32,002 nucleotides of DNA, from contig NC_068984.1 of the NCBI RefSeq assembly GCF_001194135.2, forward strand, positions 7,152,530 through 7,184,531. The letters are read 5' to 3'. The stretch comes from Octopus bimaculoides. Its lineage: Eukaryota. This document shows, in pieces, positions 9,591 through 19,837 of the stretch. The number at the start of each line of letters is the position of its first letter. The stretch's first letter is position 1. The notes under the pieces are model-generated. The model did not search any database. It saw nothing but the letters and a program-made list of their open reading frames with translations, and was not told the origin of the DNA. The translations under genes and the position numbers were made by a program.

Positions 9591-10754
9591 ATATGTTTAA
9601 TTAACTATTAAATTTAGAATATGGTCGAAGTAAGTATTAAAACTGAACTCTTTAGCACAAAGTAGGTTTCCTTCTCATACAAATATTTTTTATAAAGACT
9701 CTGCATAATTTAGCATAATTTAATAACAAGTTGGATCAACTGGGGCGATTGTATTGTTGAGTTACTGCTATTTTGTGTAGAATAATCTAAATATGATTCA
9801 TACTTCAACTCGATCTAGAGAATGACTAACGAAATTTTTTCAAAGAGTTTCTGATTCAAAGAAGCCTAAGAAAACACACCGAATCCTTTAGACTATCCAT
9901 TTCCAGCGTCCTTAGAATTATGTCGCTACTTTTATAAGTAATTTTGTTAAATGGTTGGTTGGATGGAAAATATTGCCTTAAGTGGCAATAACTTAGTAAT
10001 AGTTTTGTATCATCTTAGCGATGGCGTCGGAAGAAAATAAGTAACTGATCCGAAATACGAGTTAGATTTGAAAATATAATTATTGGGATCAAAGTAATGC
10101 GAAATAAATATGAAATTCTTGGCTACCAAATGATCTTCTTAAATGGCATTCTTTATTATTGGGAAGATGATTCTAGTTTAATAGCAGATTAGATATATAA
10201 CCTCAGGGTTTTGGTCAACCGAAAACATTCGTGAAAGATAGAAGCGGATAAAAACAACGAACGTTGTTGTCAGTAATATCGACATTAATTTCAAATTGCT
10301 TGAATGAAATGAAAGAATCATCTGGAGACCAGGAAGAGAAAAACATGAAACAGATCTGATATTTGCATAAATTAATCAAAAATGGATGCTGATGTTCAAA
10401 ATCTATACTCCCTATCCATGGCAAAATCATTGCATATATATATATATATATATATATATGTACTCTATATACATCATATCATATGGTTTGTATTTATTGA
10501 CTATGTATGACTGAGTGAGTGTGTGATGTGTGTGTATGTGTTGTTTGTTTTGTTTGTGATGTATGAATGTATTTGCCCTTATAAGTTTGTGTCTGTGTTA
10601 GTGAATGGATACTAGAATATTCGCGAGTTTTTGTATACATGTGCGTACAAGAATTTTGTGAATACGCGGCTATATTATCGGTATTTGTGTGTACACATAA
10701 GTTTTCATGTGATTGCATGTCTCGGTTTACACACAATTGTGCTTATATATGTAC

Positions 10755-10796
10755 GCTTGATAATTGCCGAGAATACTCGGCATGAAACCAATGATA
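10755..10796 (+). ncRNA. Hammerhead motif family H4 (core UUGAUAA), ending at the cleavage site and followed by (TA)n
   Basis: UUGAUAA 10757-10763; 7-bp stem II UGCCGAG/CUCGGCA; GAAA; ACCA-A-UGAU (G>A relative to sister copies); stem I 3' strand replaced by (TA)n. Confidence 0.6.
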
Positions 10797-10951
10797 TATA
10801 TATATATATATATATANNNNNNNNNNNNNNNNNNNNNNNNNNNNNNNNNNNNNNNNNNNNNNNNNNNNNNNNNNNNNNNNNNNNNNNNNNNNNNNNNNNN
10901 NNNNNNNNNNNNNNNNNNNNNNNNNNNNNNNNNNNNNNNNNNNNATATATA

Positions 10952-10996
10952 TACCATTGGTTTCATGCAGAGAATTCACAGCAGTTATCAAGCCTG
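10952..10996 (-). ncRNA. Hammerhead motif family H4, inverted copy
   Basis: Minus strand reads GGC-UUGAUAA-CUGCUGUGAAUUCUCUGCAU-GAAA-CCAAUGG-UA then (UA)n. Confidence 0.55.
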
Positions 10997-11164
10997 TTTC
11001 ATAGGAAGTTTGTACTCATCTCCATCTTGACTGAGAATGAAATGATGCTGTATTCAACGTGACGAGAGCTAATGCAAGGGATATGACAATCAGTTGTTCC
11101 GCCTGATCTGTATATTTATGCATTTATTCTCAAATACCACACTATCTTGCGTAGTTTAGTTGTA

Positions 11165-11214
11165 GAGGCCTGATAATTGCTGAGTATTATCGGATTGAAA
11201 CCAATGGTAGCCTT
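11165..11214 (+). ncRNA. Hammerhead motif family H4 with intact stem I
   Basis: AGGC(11166-69)/GCCU(11210-13); core CUGAUAA; partly decayed stem II; GAAA; ACCA-A-UGGU; GUA site at 11209. Confidence 0.55.
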
Positions 11215-11280
11215 GTTAATACACAAGTAAAGAGTATTTATCCACGAATGCAGTGTTCAGCACTCATTCTCACTGTTCGG

Positions 11281-11998
11281 TATTAGTTTATATCTTTTAT
11301 CTGTTACTGGTTTCATCCCAGGGCTGAGGTCATGCTGGTGCACCACCTGTAGTTGCTTGGTGTTGTTTCCGATATCGTTTTTAGTGAAGTAGCGAGTTGG
11401 ACGGAGATGCTCTTCTTTGCGTCTCCTGCCGCGATATGGGTTCATCTGGTATCTCAAGATAGAAACCTGTCTAGATGTTCCTTGAAAACTTCCACATCAA
11501 CACCATGTAGATCTCTAAGGCTGCTTGGCAGGATGTTGAACAATTGTGTGCCTTTGAGACTCAGACTATTGCAGTACTATGTCCTTATTTTAGATGGGGA
11601 AGACAGAATCTTTGTTATGATGCAGTACCGTCCAGTTCGAGGATTGGTACAGCTGTCATTTCCAAAATTGGGGGTTAAACCCTCTAAGATCTTCCGAATA
11701 TATATCACTGCATATCTCTCTCTTCTCCTCTCCAGGGAATAGACTGAGCCCCTTTAGCTTCTCCCATTAGCCCATCTTTTGCATTGAGTCAATTTTCTTT
11801 GTGTATTGGCACTGGATTGCTTCCAGTTCCACAGTTTGTTTCACACTCTTGGCACCATAGTTGGGAGCAGTAGTCCAAGAGGCTGAGAATAAAAGTCATG
11901 CCATGATCAACTTTATCGAAGGCCTTGGCAACGTCGAGGTATATCACGTCTACAGCTGACTGGTTTAGCTGTTGTTTCAGTACCCAGTCAATGTGCTA
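11281..11998 (-). mobile_element. Decayed, internally deleted CR1/L2-group LINE (RT fragment, C-terminus and 3' UTR)
   Basis: VDVIYLDVAKAFDKVDHG joined to TFILSLLDYCSQLW; then ELEAIQ..TKKI..WEKLK..SLERRRERYAVIYIRKILEGL..NSLSLKGTQLFNILP..FKEHLDRFLS with stops and frameshifts. Confidence 0.9.
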
Positions 11999-12002
11999 TA
12001 AT

Positions 12003-12040
<38 letters not shown>

Positions 12041-12204
12041 TTGGATGAGTGGACAAATGATAGAAAGAGGCATCTGGTAGGAGTTACATATATTAATTAG
12101 TATTTGAAAACACTTTTATTTGGCCCCATACAACTTAAAGTAGACTCTAGAAATATACATGCAGAAATATATACACACATATATACATATATGCACACAT
12201 ACAT

Positions 12205-12514
12205 GACTGACACTCCGTCAGTTACCATCAACAGAACAGCTTTCTCATGAAACTCACGCGCATGTGGCTGAGTACTCCACAGACACTGGTACCATGACGT
12301 AGTTCTCAGGGAAATTCAGGGAAATTCAGGGAAATTCAGGGAAATTCAGAATGTGACATGGGTGGCTCTTTGAAATGCAGGTAGAACTCATTTTTGTCAG
12401 CTCAGTGGACTGGATCAATGTAAAATAAAATGTCTCACTCAAGCACACAACAAGCCACCGGGAATCGAACCGGCGATCTAGCGATCGTGAGCCGAATACA
12501 CTAAACCACGCGCC
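12205..12514 (-). mobile_element. tRNA-derived SINE with an internal 10-bp tandem expansion
   Basis: Minus-strand head ggcgcgtggtttagtg..ggttcgattccc (A/B boxes); 3' part shared with 23428-23600; (cagggaaatt)x4 at 12307-12346. Confidence 0.8.
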
Positions 12515-12553
12515 TTCACGAATTTATATATTTGTAGCAGTGTGGGTATGCGT

Positions 12554-12554
<1 letters not shown>

Positions 12555-12600
<46 letters not shown>

Positions 12601-12602
12601 CG

Positions 12603-12640
<38 letters not shown>
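12555..12640. repeat. (TG)n microsatellite
   Basis: Direct reading. Confidence 0.97.
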
Positions 12641-12641
<1 letters not shown>

Positions 12642-13132
12642 CTAATGTAAAGTGCAATATGCAATAAAGCACGATGGTTCCGATTTGAAAGCTCCGTGAT
12701 CAGAGCTCAGTTTAATCGTGTTTGATACGAGGCTAAACCACAATACTAACAACGTCTACCATATTACTTAAGTCACAGCAATGTTTTCTATCCATGATAG
12801 CACAGATATTCACCTCAGTAGAGCATCTATCTCCTGATCTATATACGTCATACCGATATAACACTGAAATTTTGTGTTCATTCATTCTCAGAAACGTGGT
12901 ATTATCTATGTTTATGGAGCTATTTTGTTGAAACAACAGAACAAATTATCTACACAATCTTGTATACCACACTTTGATCTTAGCCAAAAGGCTGTGGAAT
13001 AACACACGATCTTATATACTGATAGCGATATCTCCGTGTCCTACTTAATGTGTTTCTATGCAGAGACATAAACTTTGATATGTTTTATGTCTATGACGTT
13101 AGTTTGGTTTACATATATCTATGCTTTTTAAT

Positions 13133-13358
13133 CTTTTCATTCTTTTACTTGTTTCAGTCATTTGACTGCGGTCATGCTGCAGCACTGCCTTCAGTCGAAC
13201 ACATCGACCCCAGGACTTATTGTTTGTGAGCCTAGTACTTATTCTGTCGGTCTCTTTTGACGAGCTCGCTGGTTTACAGGGATATAAACACACTAAGATC
13301 GGTGGTGAAGCGATGGTGGGGGCACAAAGAAACACATGCACATACATACATACATACA

Positions 13359-13389
<31 letters not shown>

Positions 13390-13477
13390 GTGTGTGTGTG
13401 TTTATACGACGGGCCTCTTTCAGTTTCCGTTAACCAAGTCCATTCAAATGGCTTTAGTCGGCCCGAGGCTATAGCAG
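13133..13477 (-). mobile_element. SINE family A, head truncated by a gap
   Basis: cttttacttgtttcagtcatttgactgcggtcatgctg..ggacttatt..agcctagtacttattc..(CATA)n..gtcggcccgaggctatag. Confidence 0.9.
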
Positions 13478-13697
13478 NNNNNNNNNNNNNNNNNNNNNNN
13501 NNNNNNNNNNNNNNNNNNNNNNNNNNNNNNNNNNNNNNNNNNNNNNNNNNNNNNNNNNNNNNNNNNNNNNNNNNNNNNNNNNNNNNNNNNNNNNNNNNNN
13601 NNNNNNNNNNNNNNNNNNNNNNNNNNNNNNNNNNNNNNNNNNNNNNNNNNNNNNNNNNNNNNNNNNNNNNNNNNNNNNNNNNNNNNNNNNNNNNNNN

Positions 13698-13767
<70 letters not shown>

Positions 13768-14027
13768 GATTGATTGAGAGAGAAAGAGAAGTGGGTATAT
13801 TGATATAACATAGGTAGACGTTGTGTTTGTACCCCGTAGCTTGATGACTGGTGTTGGTTTGCGTCTCAGCAACCAGATGGATTCGGAATAAAGGGCCAAT
13901 AGAGTGAGTATCGGGCTTAAAAATAATTAATGAAGACGATTTGTATGACTAATTAATTTAATCCTGCAACGTTATGATTGAAAGAAAGAGATTATGAAGA
14001 AAATATGATTAAAATATGATTAAAATA

Positions 14028-14090
14028 GGCGCATGAGTGGCTGTGTGGTAAGTCAAATGACTGAAACAAGTAAAAGAGTAAAGAATAAAA
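14028..14090 (+). mobile_element. Internally deleted mini-SINE (family A head fused to family A tail)
   Basis: ggcgcatgagtggctgtgtggtaagt joined directly to caaatgactgaaacaagtaaaagagtaaag. Confidence 0.8.
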
Positions 14091-15465
14091 GAGAGCCCCC
14101 AAACAAGTTTTGTTAGCAAATTAATCTTAATATTAGAGACAAGGATAAGAGTTGTAGTCCGATTCTGGAAAACCCTCCTTCACCAACGACTACCCCAAAA
14201 CAGACCAGTGGGTTGCAGGGTTGTCACCTGAGCAGTGCAAAGGTGTCATATTGCGGGAATAGAATAGAATCACAGAATCACCAACAAATGGTAGCTACAG
14301 CGACAAGCTGTTACTGCGCATGCCTCCATGCTGCTGCTGCTACTACTACCACTACTACTACTACTACTATAGTTTACCGCCATTTTCGACTGTCACACCA
14401 TAGCGGCTGATATCTATACATTTATTCTATCGTACATTGTATATCTACCACAATGCATGTAATTATGTTCTTGTATTTCGCTAATAAATACATATTCCAT
14501 AACGTGTGGAGTTTTTCAGTGAAATTTTTAATAGGTTTCTCTTGAAATTGTTTCTATTTCTACTTTGATAGCTCGATATTTCAGTTAGATACTAGAGCGC
14601 TTTATTTTCTACCATTATATTGCACGATTCATTAATCTAGCTTATTGTATAATATAGTTTTATTACCATATTTCTTCTCACAGTAACCATAGATATGTTT
14701 TAAATCTGACACCTTTATTTAAACTTCGCACCTTGCCAACATACCTAACACCTTTCTATATCAAATATTTATTCATAATGTCTTCATTTCATGGTTTATA
14801 AATGAGAATAATTCAAGTGAAGGGGAAAATAATCAGTTGATATACAAGGAAGCATATTTTGAAATGATTTTTGTTGCCATGTTTCAGCCAGAGCAAGAAA
14901 AAAAAAAGGGGGGAAGTAGAGAAAATTCTGAATAAGCAACGAAACATTCTTTCGTCGTGTTTTATTCCCGCTGCCTTTTGACCTTTTTACAGAAATATTA
15001 AATTTTGATCGAAGAGCGCCCGACTGAAGTATAAGAGCCTGGTGTACAGTACGGTTATTCTACGATGACAATACAACACAAAACATGATAACGTGCATTT
15101 TGTCCCTTTTATTATTTGAAACTGAGGTCACGAATATATTTCTATTTCTAGCAGTTTATGGTAGCGGGAGTTTGTCTTCTGTCTAGACAGAAGAAATCAA
15201 TATAATCGATAGTGGTTTTGATTTACGTCAATGACTCGGATCTCTTCATTCAAATATTGAACTAAAATATCCACATTTTTGGTGTAAATACACGGCAATC
15301 AGTTTATCGGTGACTGATGGCTTCCATTGATAAAATTAGCTGACTCTCTTGTCTGTTATTGAACCCCAATTCAGCACTGATTGAGCAAACTTATGGACAA
15401 AATCTTTCCACGTTATTTACATTATTTACATTTGACGGATATTTGTCCTCCTCTTGTTTGTTATT

Positions 15466-15511
15466 AACACAACGTTTCGGCTGATATACCCTCCAGCCTT
15501 CATCAGGTGTC
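15466..15511 (-). ncRNA. Minimal hammerhead motif family H3 (canonical CUGAUGA)
   Basis: GACAC-CUGAUGA-A-GGCUG-(10-nt loop)-CAGCC-GAAA-CG-UU-GUGUU. Confidence 0.8.
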
Positions 15512-15582
15512 TTGGGGAAATTTCGAACCTGGGTTCTTATTCCTATGGTATTTTTCGATATTATTATTATTATTCAGGTCAC

Positions 15583-15648
15583 TGCCTGGAATCGAACTCG
15601 GAATATTGGGGTTAGCAGCCCGTGCTCTTAACCCTACGCCATGTGCCC
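15583..15648 (-). promoter_or_regulatory. tRNA-Ser(GCU)-like internal pol III promoter (SINE head)
   Basis: A-box-like TGGCGTAGGGTTAAG, anticodon arm ggg-CTGCTAA-ccc, B-box GAGTTCGATTCC. Confidence 0.7.
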
Positions 15649-15656
15649 GTGACCTG

Positions 15657-15662
<6 letters not shown>

Positions 15663-15736
<74 letters not shown>
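15663..15736. repeat. (AAT)n inside the composite element
   Basis: Direct reading. Confidence 0.97.
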
Positions 15737-15783
15737 GAAAAAATACTTTAGGAATGAGAACCCAGATTTGAAATTTCCCCCAA

Positions 15784-15829
15784 GACACCTGATGAAGGCT
15801 GGAGGGTATATCAGCCGAAACGTTGTGTT
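15784..15829 (+). ncRNA. Minimal hammerhead motif family H3 (canonical CUGAUGA)
   Basis: Identical over 46 nt to the reverse complement of 15466-15511; predicted GUU site at 15824. Confidence 0.8.
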
Positions 15830-16574
15830 AACAACAAACAAGATGAGGACAAGTATCCGTCAAATGTATATAATCTAAATAATGTAATTAATGTACATAA
15901 ATCCTAATCTCTCAAATATAGAACTGTAAAATCTTTCCAGTTCTGAACATCCCATCTTCTTGTGCGTCAGGGACTCTGTTGTCTTAGGAAAAACTTCATT
16001 CTTTATGGAATATGTATTTGTTACGAAATGCAAAAGGAACGTTACTACGTGCATATTAGGAGATATAATTCACCAAAGAATAAATCTAAAGATATTAGCC
16101 AAGCTGCTGGCTAGTTTGTTAATTAAATTAAATTTACTGACACAATTTGCTTGAAAGATCTATTTTTCTATAGAATAAACCTATAAATATCAGCTAACAT
16201 AGTGAGATTGTAGAGTGTGGTCTGAAGATCTGAAGATAACTTAATTATTATTTCAAGCAGACTGAACGATTACGTTGAGGCACCTCCGATAGATCGTAGC
16301 TCTACTGTAATATTCGGGGTGGAGGCTTAAGCATTCCACAGTTAAAAAAAAAAATTCATTCAACAATCAGGTAATAAATTTAACCTTGATTGGTTCTCTG
16401 ATAATTGATTTATTAATTACTCTCATTTTGCAATCAGCTTACTTCTTCTTTTCTCTTTTTTAGCCCTAGGATTCATAAGGCCGGTTACCCGGTTTCCATG
16501 GCGTATTGGTGACTGACATCACAACACTCACCTTGAACGGGACTCCGATCCGTTGTAGGATTCAAGTTCAGCAA

Positions 16575-16765
16575 TTTTGTGGGAAAGGAGAAAGTCGAGT
16601 ACATCGATCCTAGTAATTGGCAGATCCTTTATTTTATTGGCTCCGAAGAGATGAAAGGCCAAAATAGATCCCTGCAGGTTTTGAACTCAGAACGTTGAGT
16701 CGGAAGAAACACCGCTAAGCATTTTTTCTTCATCGGCAGACTAACGATTCTACCATTTCTCCATT
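16575..16765 (-). mobile_element. SINE family B, degenerate
   Basis: gatgaaagg..tttgaactcagaacgt..accgctaagcatttt..ctaacgattctacc. Confidence 0.75.
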
Positions 16766-17595
16766 TTAATCATCATATTTACATTGCTGCAATTAGTTGG
16801 GAAGACCCACAGAAAGCATTAACGGATCGAGCTGTTCCATCACACCGACAATGTTACTAGCAAATACAGTGAAGTATGAGTCAACACCATCCTCATGAAT
16901 AATAGCGAAATAATGACTTTAAAAACAGCGTTATTGAAAAGCTGTCTGTTTGAAATACTGCTTTAATAATTATATATTACTTAAAGAAATCTTTATCCCA
17001 TCAGAGTCAATGATGCCGTGTATGATTTGATGCTAATCTTCAGTATAAATATTTATCGAACCCCTTTCTAAAATGATAACAATCAGTTCAATATGTAGAA
17101 GTGTAGTTTATATTTAAAACATATTTATATGTTTAAAACCTATTTAGTTTTCCTATTGGATAAAAATGAGGGTATACTTCATAGGATAGACATAATAAGT
17201 CACATATATGAGAGCGTCATCTCTGGATTGGGATCTTGTGGGCCTCTAGCGACATTGTATTACTGTAAGGTAACCTATTAACACTCTAAAGATGGATGAT
17301 TCTTTCTCTGGAATTCACTTATCATATTCAACCTTACAGGAAGAATTCTGAGATTAGAAATCTTAAATAAACAACAGAAAAGACAATAACATATACACAC
17401 ACAAACAAATACATCGCTTAGCAGCGAGGGACTTCCTCCATTGTTCAGTTCAACTCAGAATGAGGCTAGAGGTGTTTTATTTAATTCAAGCTGTCGTAAT
17501 CATTAAAGCGACGGAGTATTAGTGCCGAAAGGTAATCCTTATAATCCGCCTTAACGGTTCTTTTATGCAGTACTTTTATGCACCGGTTGCCTAAA

Positions 17596-17665
17596 TGAAA
17601 GGATCTTTGAAAGCCATTAAGGCATCATTTGGTGTTCATGAAACCACATGGGAATCGTTGGCGAT
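17596..17665 (+). mobile_element. Possible RTE-clade LINE C-terminal fragment
   Basis: KGSLKAIKASFGVHETTWESLA resembles the RTE end KDxLKxxLKxxGIDxxTWExLA; the match is short. Confidence 0.35.
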
Positions 17666-17703
17666 TTTCTTCCTCCGTCTTCCCTTCTATTGGACTTTCC
17701 TCT

Positions 17704-17739
17704 GTTTCCGAAGAAGAGCGTCTGCTCGAAACATTAAAC
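17704..17739 (+). ncRNA. Hammerhead motif H5 (core CCGAAGA), related to H2
   Basis: Stem I GUUU/AAAC; CCGAAGA+A; stem II GAGC-GUCU-GCUC; GAAA; ACAU (likely decayed ACGU); flank ends in caac(TA)n as in H2. Confidence 0.55.
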
Positions 17740-17931
17740 CATTTTCTTTCCTTCTCTAAACGTGTGCTAATGCATTACATGCACCACGTCCTCGCACTGT
17801 TGTTGTTTTCTTCATGTTGGTTCTCTTTTGGATATACTATAGGGTACAACTATATATATCTGCATATATATCATAAGATATATATATATATAAGATCCAA
17901 TTGAATTAGGTGCTTAATTTATATGGTCTTA

Positions 17932-18018
17932 TGCCTCCGAGGAAGGCGGTGTATTGCAAATTGATGTAATTCTTGTATTGATCGATTAATTGGAGCCGCC
18001 TGAAACGGCCGTCATGCA
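17932..18018 (+). ncRNA. Hammerhead motif family H6 with a large stem II loop and a GUC site
   Basis: Stem I UGCCU/AUGCA (1 mismatch); CCGAGGA 17937-43; stem II AGGCGGU/GCCGCCU; GAAA 18002-05; palindromic ACGGCCGU; cleavage after GUC at 18013. Confidence 0.7.
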
Positions 18019-18049
18019 CTGATACCTGGACATCCTTGTTACTTATTTG

Positions 18050-18095
<46 letters not shown>

Positions 18096-18677
18096 GCGCG
18101 CACACACAGACACACACACACACACAAACACACACATGTATATCTCTCTCTATATATAATGTATATATATATATATATATATATAGTAATGATAGGGATT
18201 CAAAGAAGAATGAAGCATATTTCATATTAAACGCTCCGTTAAATGTGAGATGAGAGATTATTGATACGCCAGTAATTATTTATGTTTTGATATAGGGTAC
18301 AACTATATATATCTGTATATACATCATAAAATATCATGGGTGTATAAAAGAAACTGTATGTTTGTGTAATGTTTATTGAAAATATATTTTGTCTCCTCGG
18401 ACATTTGTGCTTATTTAAATTACCTGAAATATACCAGAAAAATCATAAAACAAATATAGACAGTCGATTATTAAAGAAAATGAAGAATTAGCGTAAGGGT
18501 AGAATAGCAAGACAAATTAAGTTAAAATATGGAAAAAAGTTAAGGATGACAATTTAAAAAATGAAACAGAAGAGTAGATAAATATATATATATTTATATA
18601 TATATACCTGTATGTGTTTGCATGCAAATATATATATATATGTGCGTATGCATGTGATTTGGTCGATATCTGTATAT

Positions 18678-18845
18678 AAGGCGGCGAGCTGCTTAGCGGT
18701 ATTTCGTCTGTCTTTGCGTTCTGAGTTCAAATTCTGCCGAGGTCTACTTTGTCATTCATCGTTTTGTAGTCGATAAATTGAGTACAATTTGCGTACGAGT
18801 GTCGATCTAATCGACTGGTCCCCGCTTCCAAAAATTTCGGGCCGC
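18678..18845 (+). mobile_element. SINE family B with a short deletion in the head
   Basis: aaggcggcgagctgcttagcggtatttcgtc..gagttcaaattc..gtcgataaa..aaaatttcgggcc. Confidence 0.85.
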
Positions 18846-19034
18846 ATGCATGTGTAGGCAAGTTGTACGTACAAGTAGGGAAGCATGTATGTATGCGTGC
18901 AAGTGTGTGTGTATGTATGTGTGTTTGTGTATGTGTGTGTATGTGTGTGTGTGTACTTCAGTAGACAGGTTACTTAATTACGAATATGCTTTTGTGAGGG
19001 AGTGCATATATGCGACTGAAAACTGATGTCTAAG

Positions 19035-19123
19035 AAAGAGAGAGAGAGATGGATAGACAGATAGATAGATAGACAGACAGAGAGAGAGAGAGAGAGATTT
19101 GATAACAGATAGGCAGATAGATA

Positions 19124-19160
<37 letters not shown>

Positions 19161-19300
19161 CAAACTGACAGACAGCAAGAGTGATAGATAGATAGACAGA
19201 TAGACAGATAGAGAGAAAGATTGATAACAGATAGGCAGATAGATAATAGATAGATAGACAAACAGACAGACAGCAAGACTGATAGATAGATAGACAAGAA
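19035..19300. repeat. (GATA/GACA/GA)n compound array with a duplicated interruption
   Basis: ttgataacagataggcagatagataatagatag occurs twice (about 19099 and 19220). Confidence 0.9.
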
Positions 19301-19798
19301 AGTGACACAGAGATAAAGATAGAATAAATAAGGAATAAATTGTGCTAAAATGCGAAAAGTGGTGAGATGCATAAAGATATGAAATTGTTAGGAATGCAAC
19401 GAAGAAAATTAAAAGTGTGAGCGATGGCAAACAATAAAACTAAGGAAAGAAATGAACGGAAGGAGAAAGAAAATATGGCATTTAGTGAGAAAGGAGAAAG
19501 AAAATATGGTGTTTACTGAGAAAATAATAACTGGAAGTGTCTAAATATTTACTTTGTTGTCGCAATTATCTTCCCATGTTGTTTGGTTTTGTTTCAATAA
19601 ATTACATTTTCATAATATTGAAATGGTGAAAACGTATTAAGTCGTAAAAATATTGATGGGAAAAGACGCACACGTATTTATACAGACACACATGCTTGAC
19701 TGCATGAATAAACACGCAAATGCGCATGCGCACACGCACACATATGCTCACATATACAGACACGTTAAATTCCTCCCTCTCACTCTCCATATATATAC

Positions 19799-19837
<39 letters not shown>

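Larger units (their letters stand above)
15413..15930. mobile_element. Composite palindromic element: tRNA-Ser-like head with (AAT)n and an HHR-bearing body, plus an inverted copy of the body
   Basis: Arms 15413-15582 and 15649-15882 are inverted repeats; the unique centre 15583-15648 is a pol III head on the minus strand. Confidence 0.8.

Noticed and set aside
11353-11742. 129-aa plus-strand ORF
   Set aside because: Antisense to the CR1-type LINE fragment.
15583-15648. Functional tRNA-Ser gene
   Set aside because: No acceptor stem, long variable arm or terminator; embedded in a repeat, so a SINE head.
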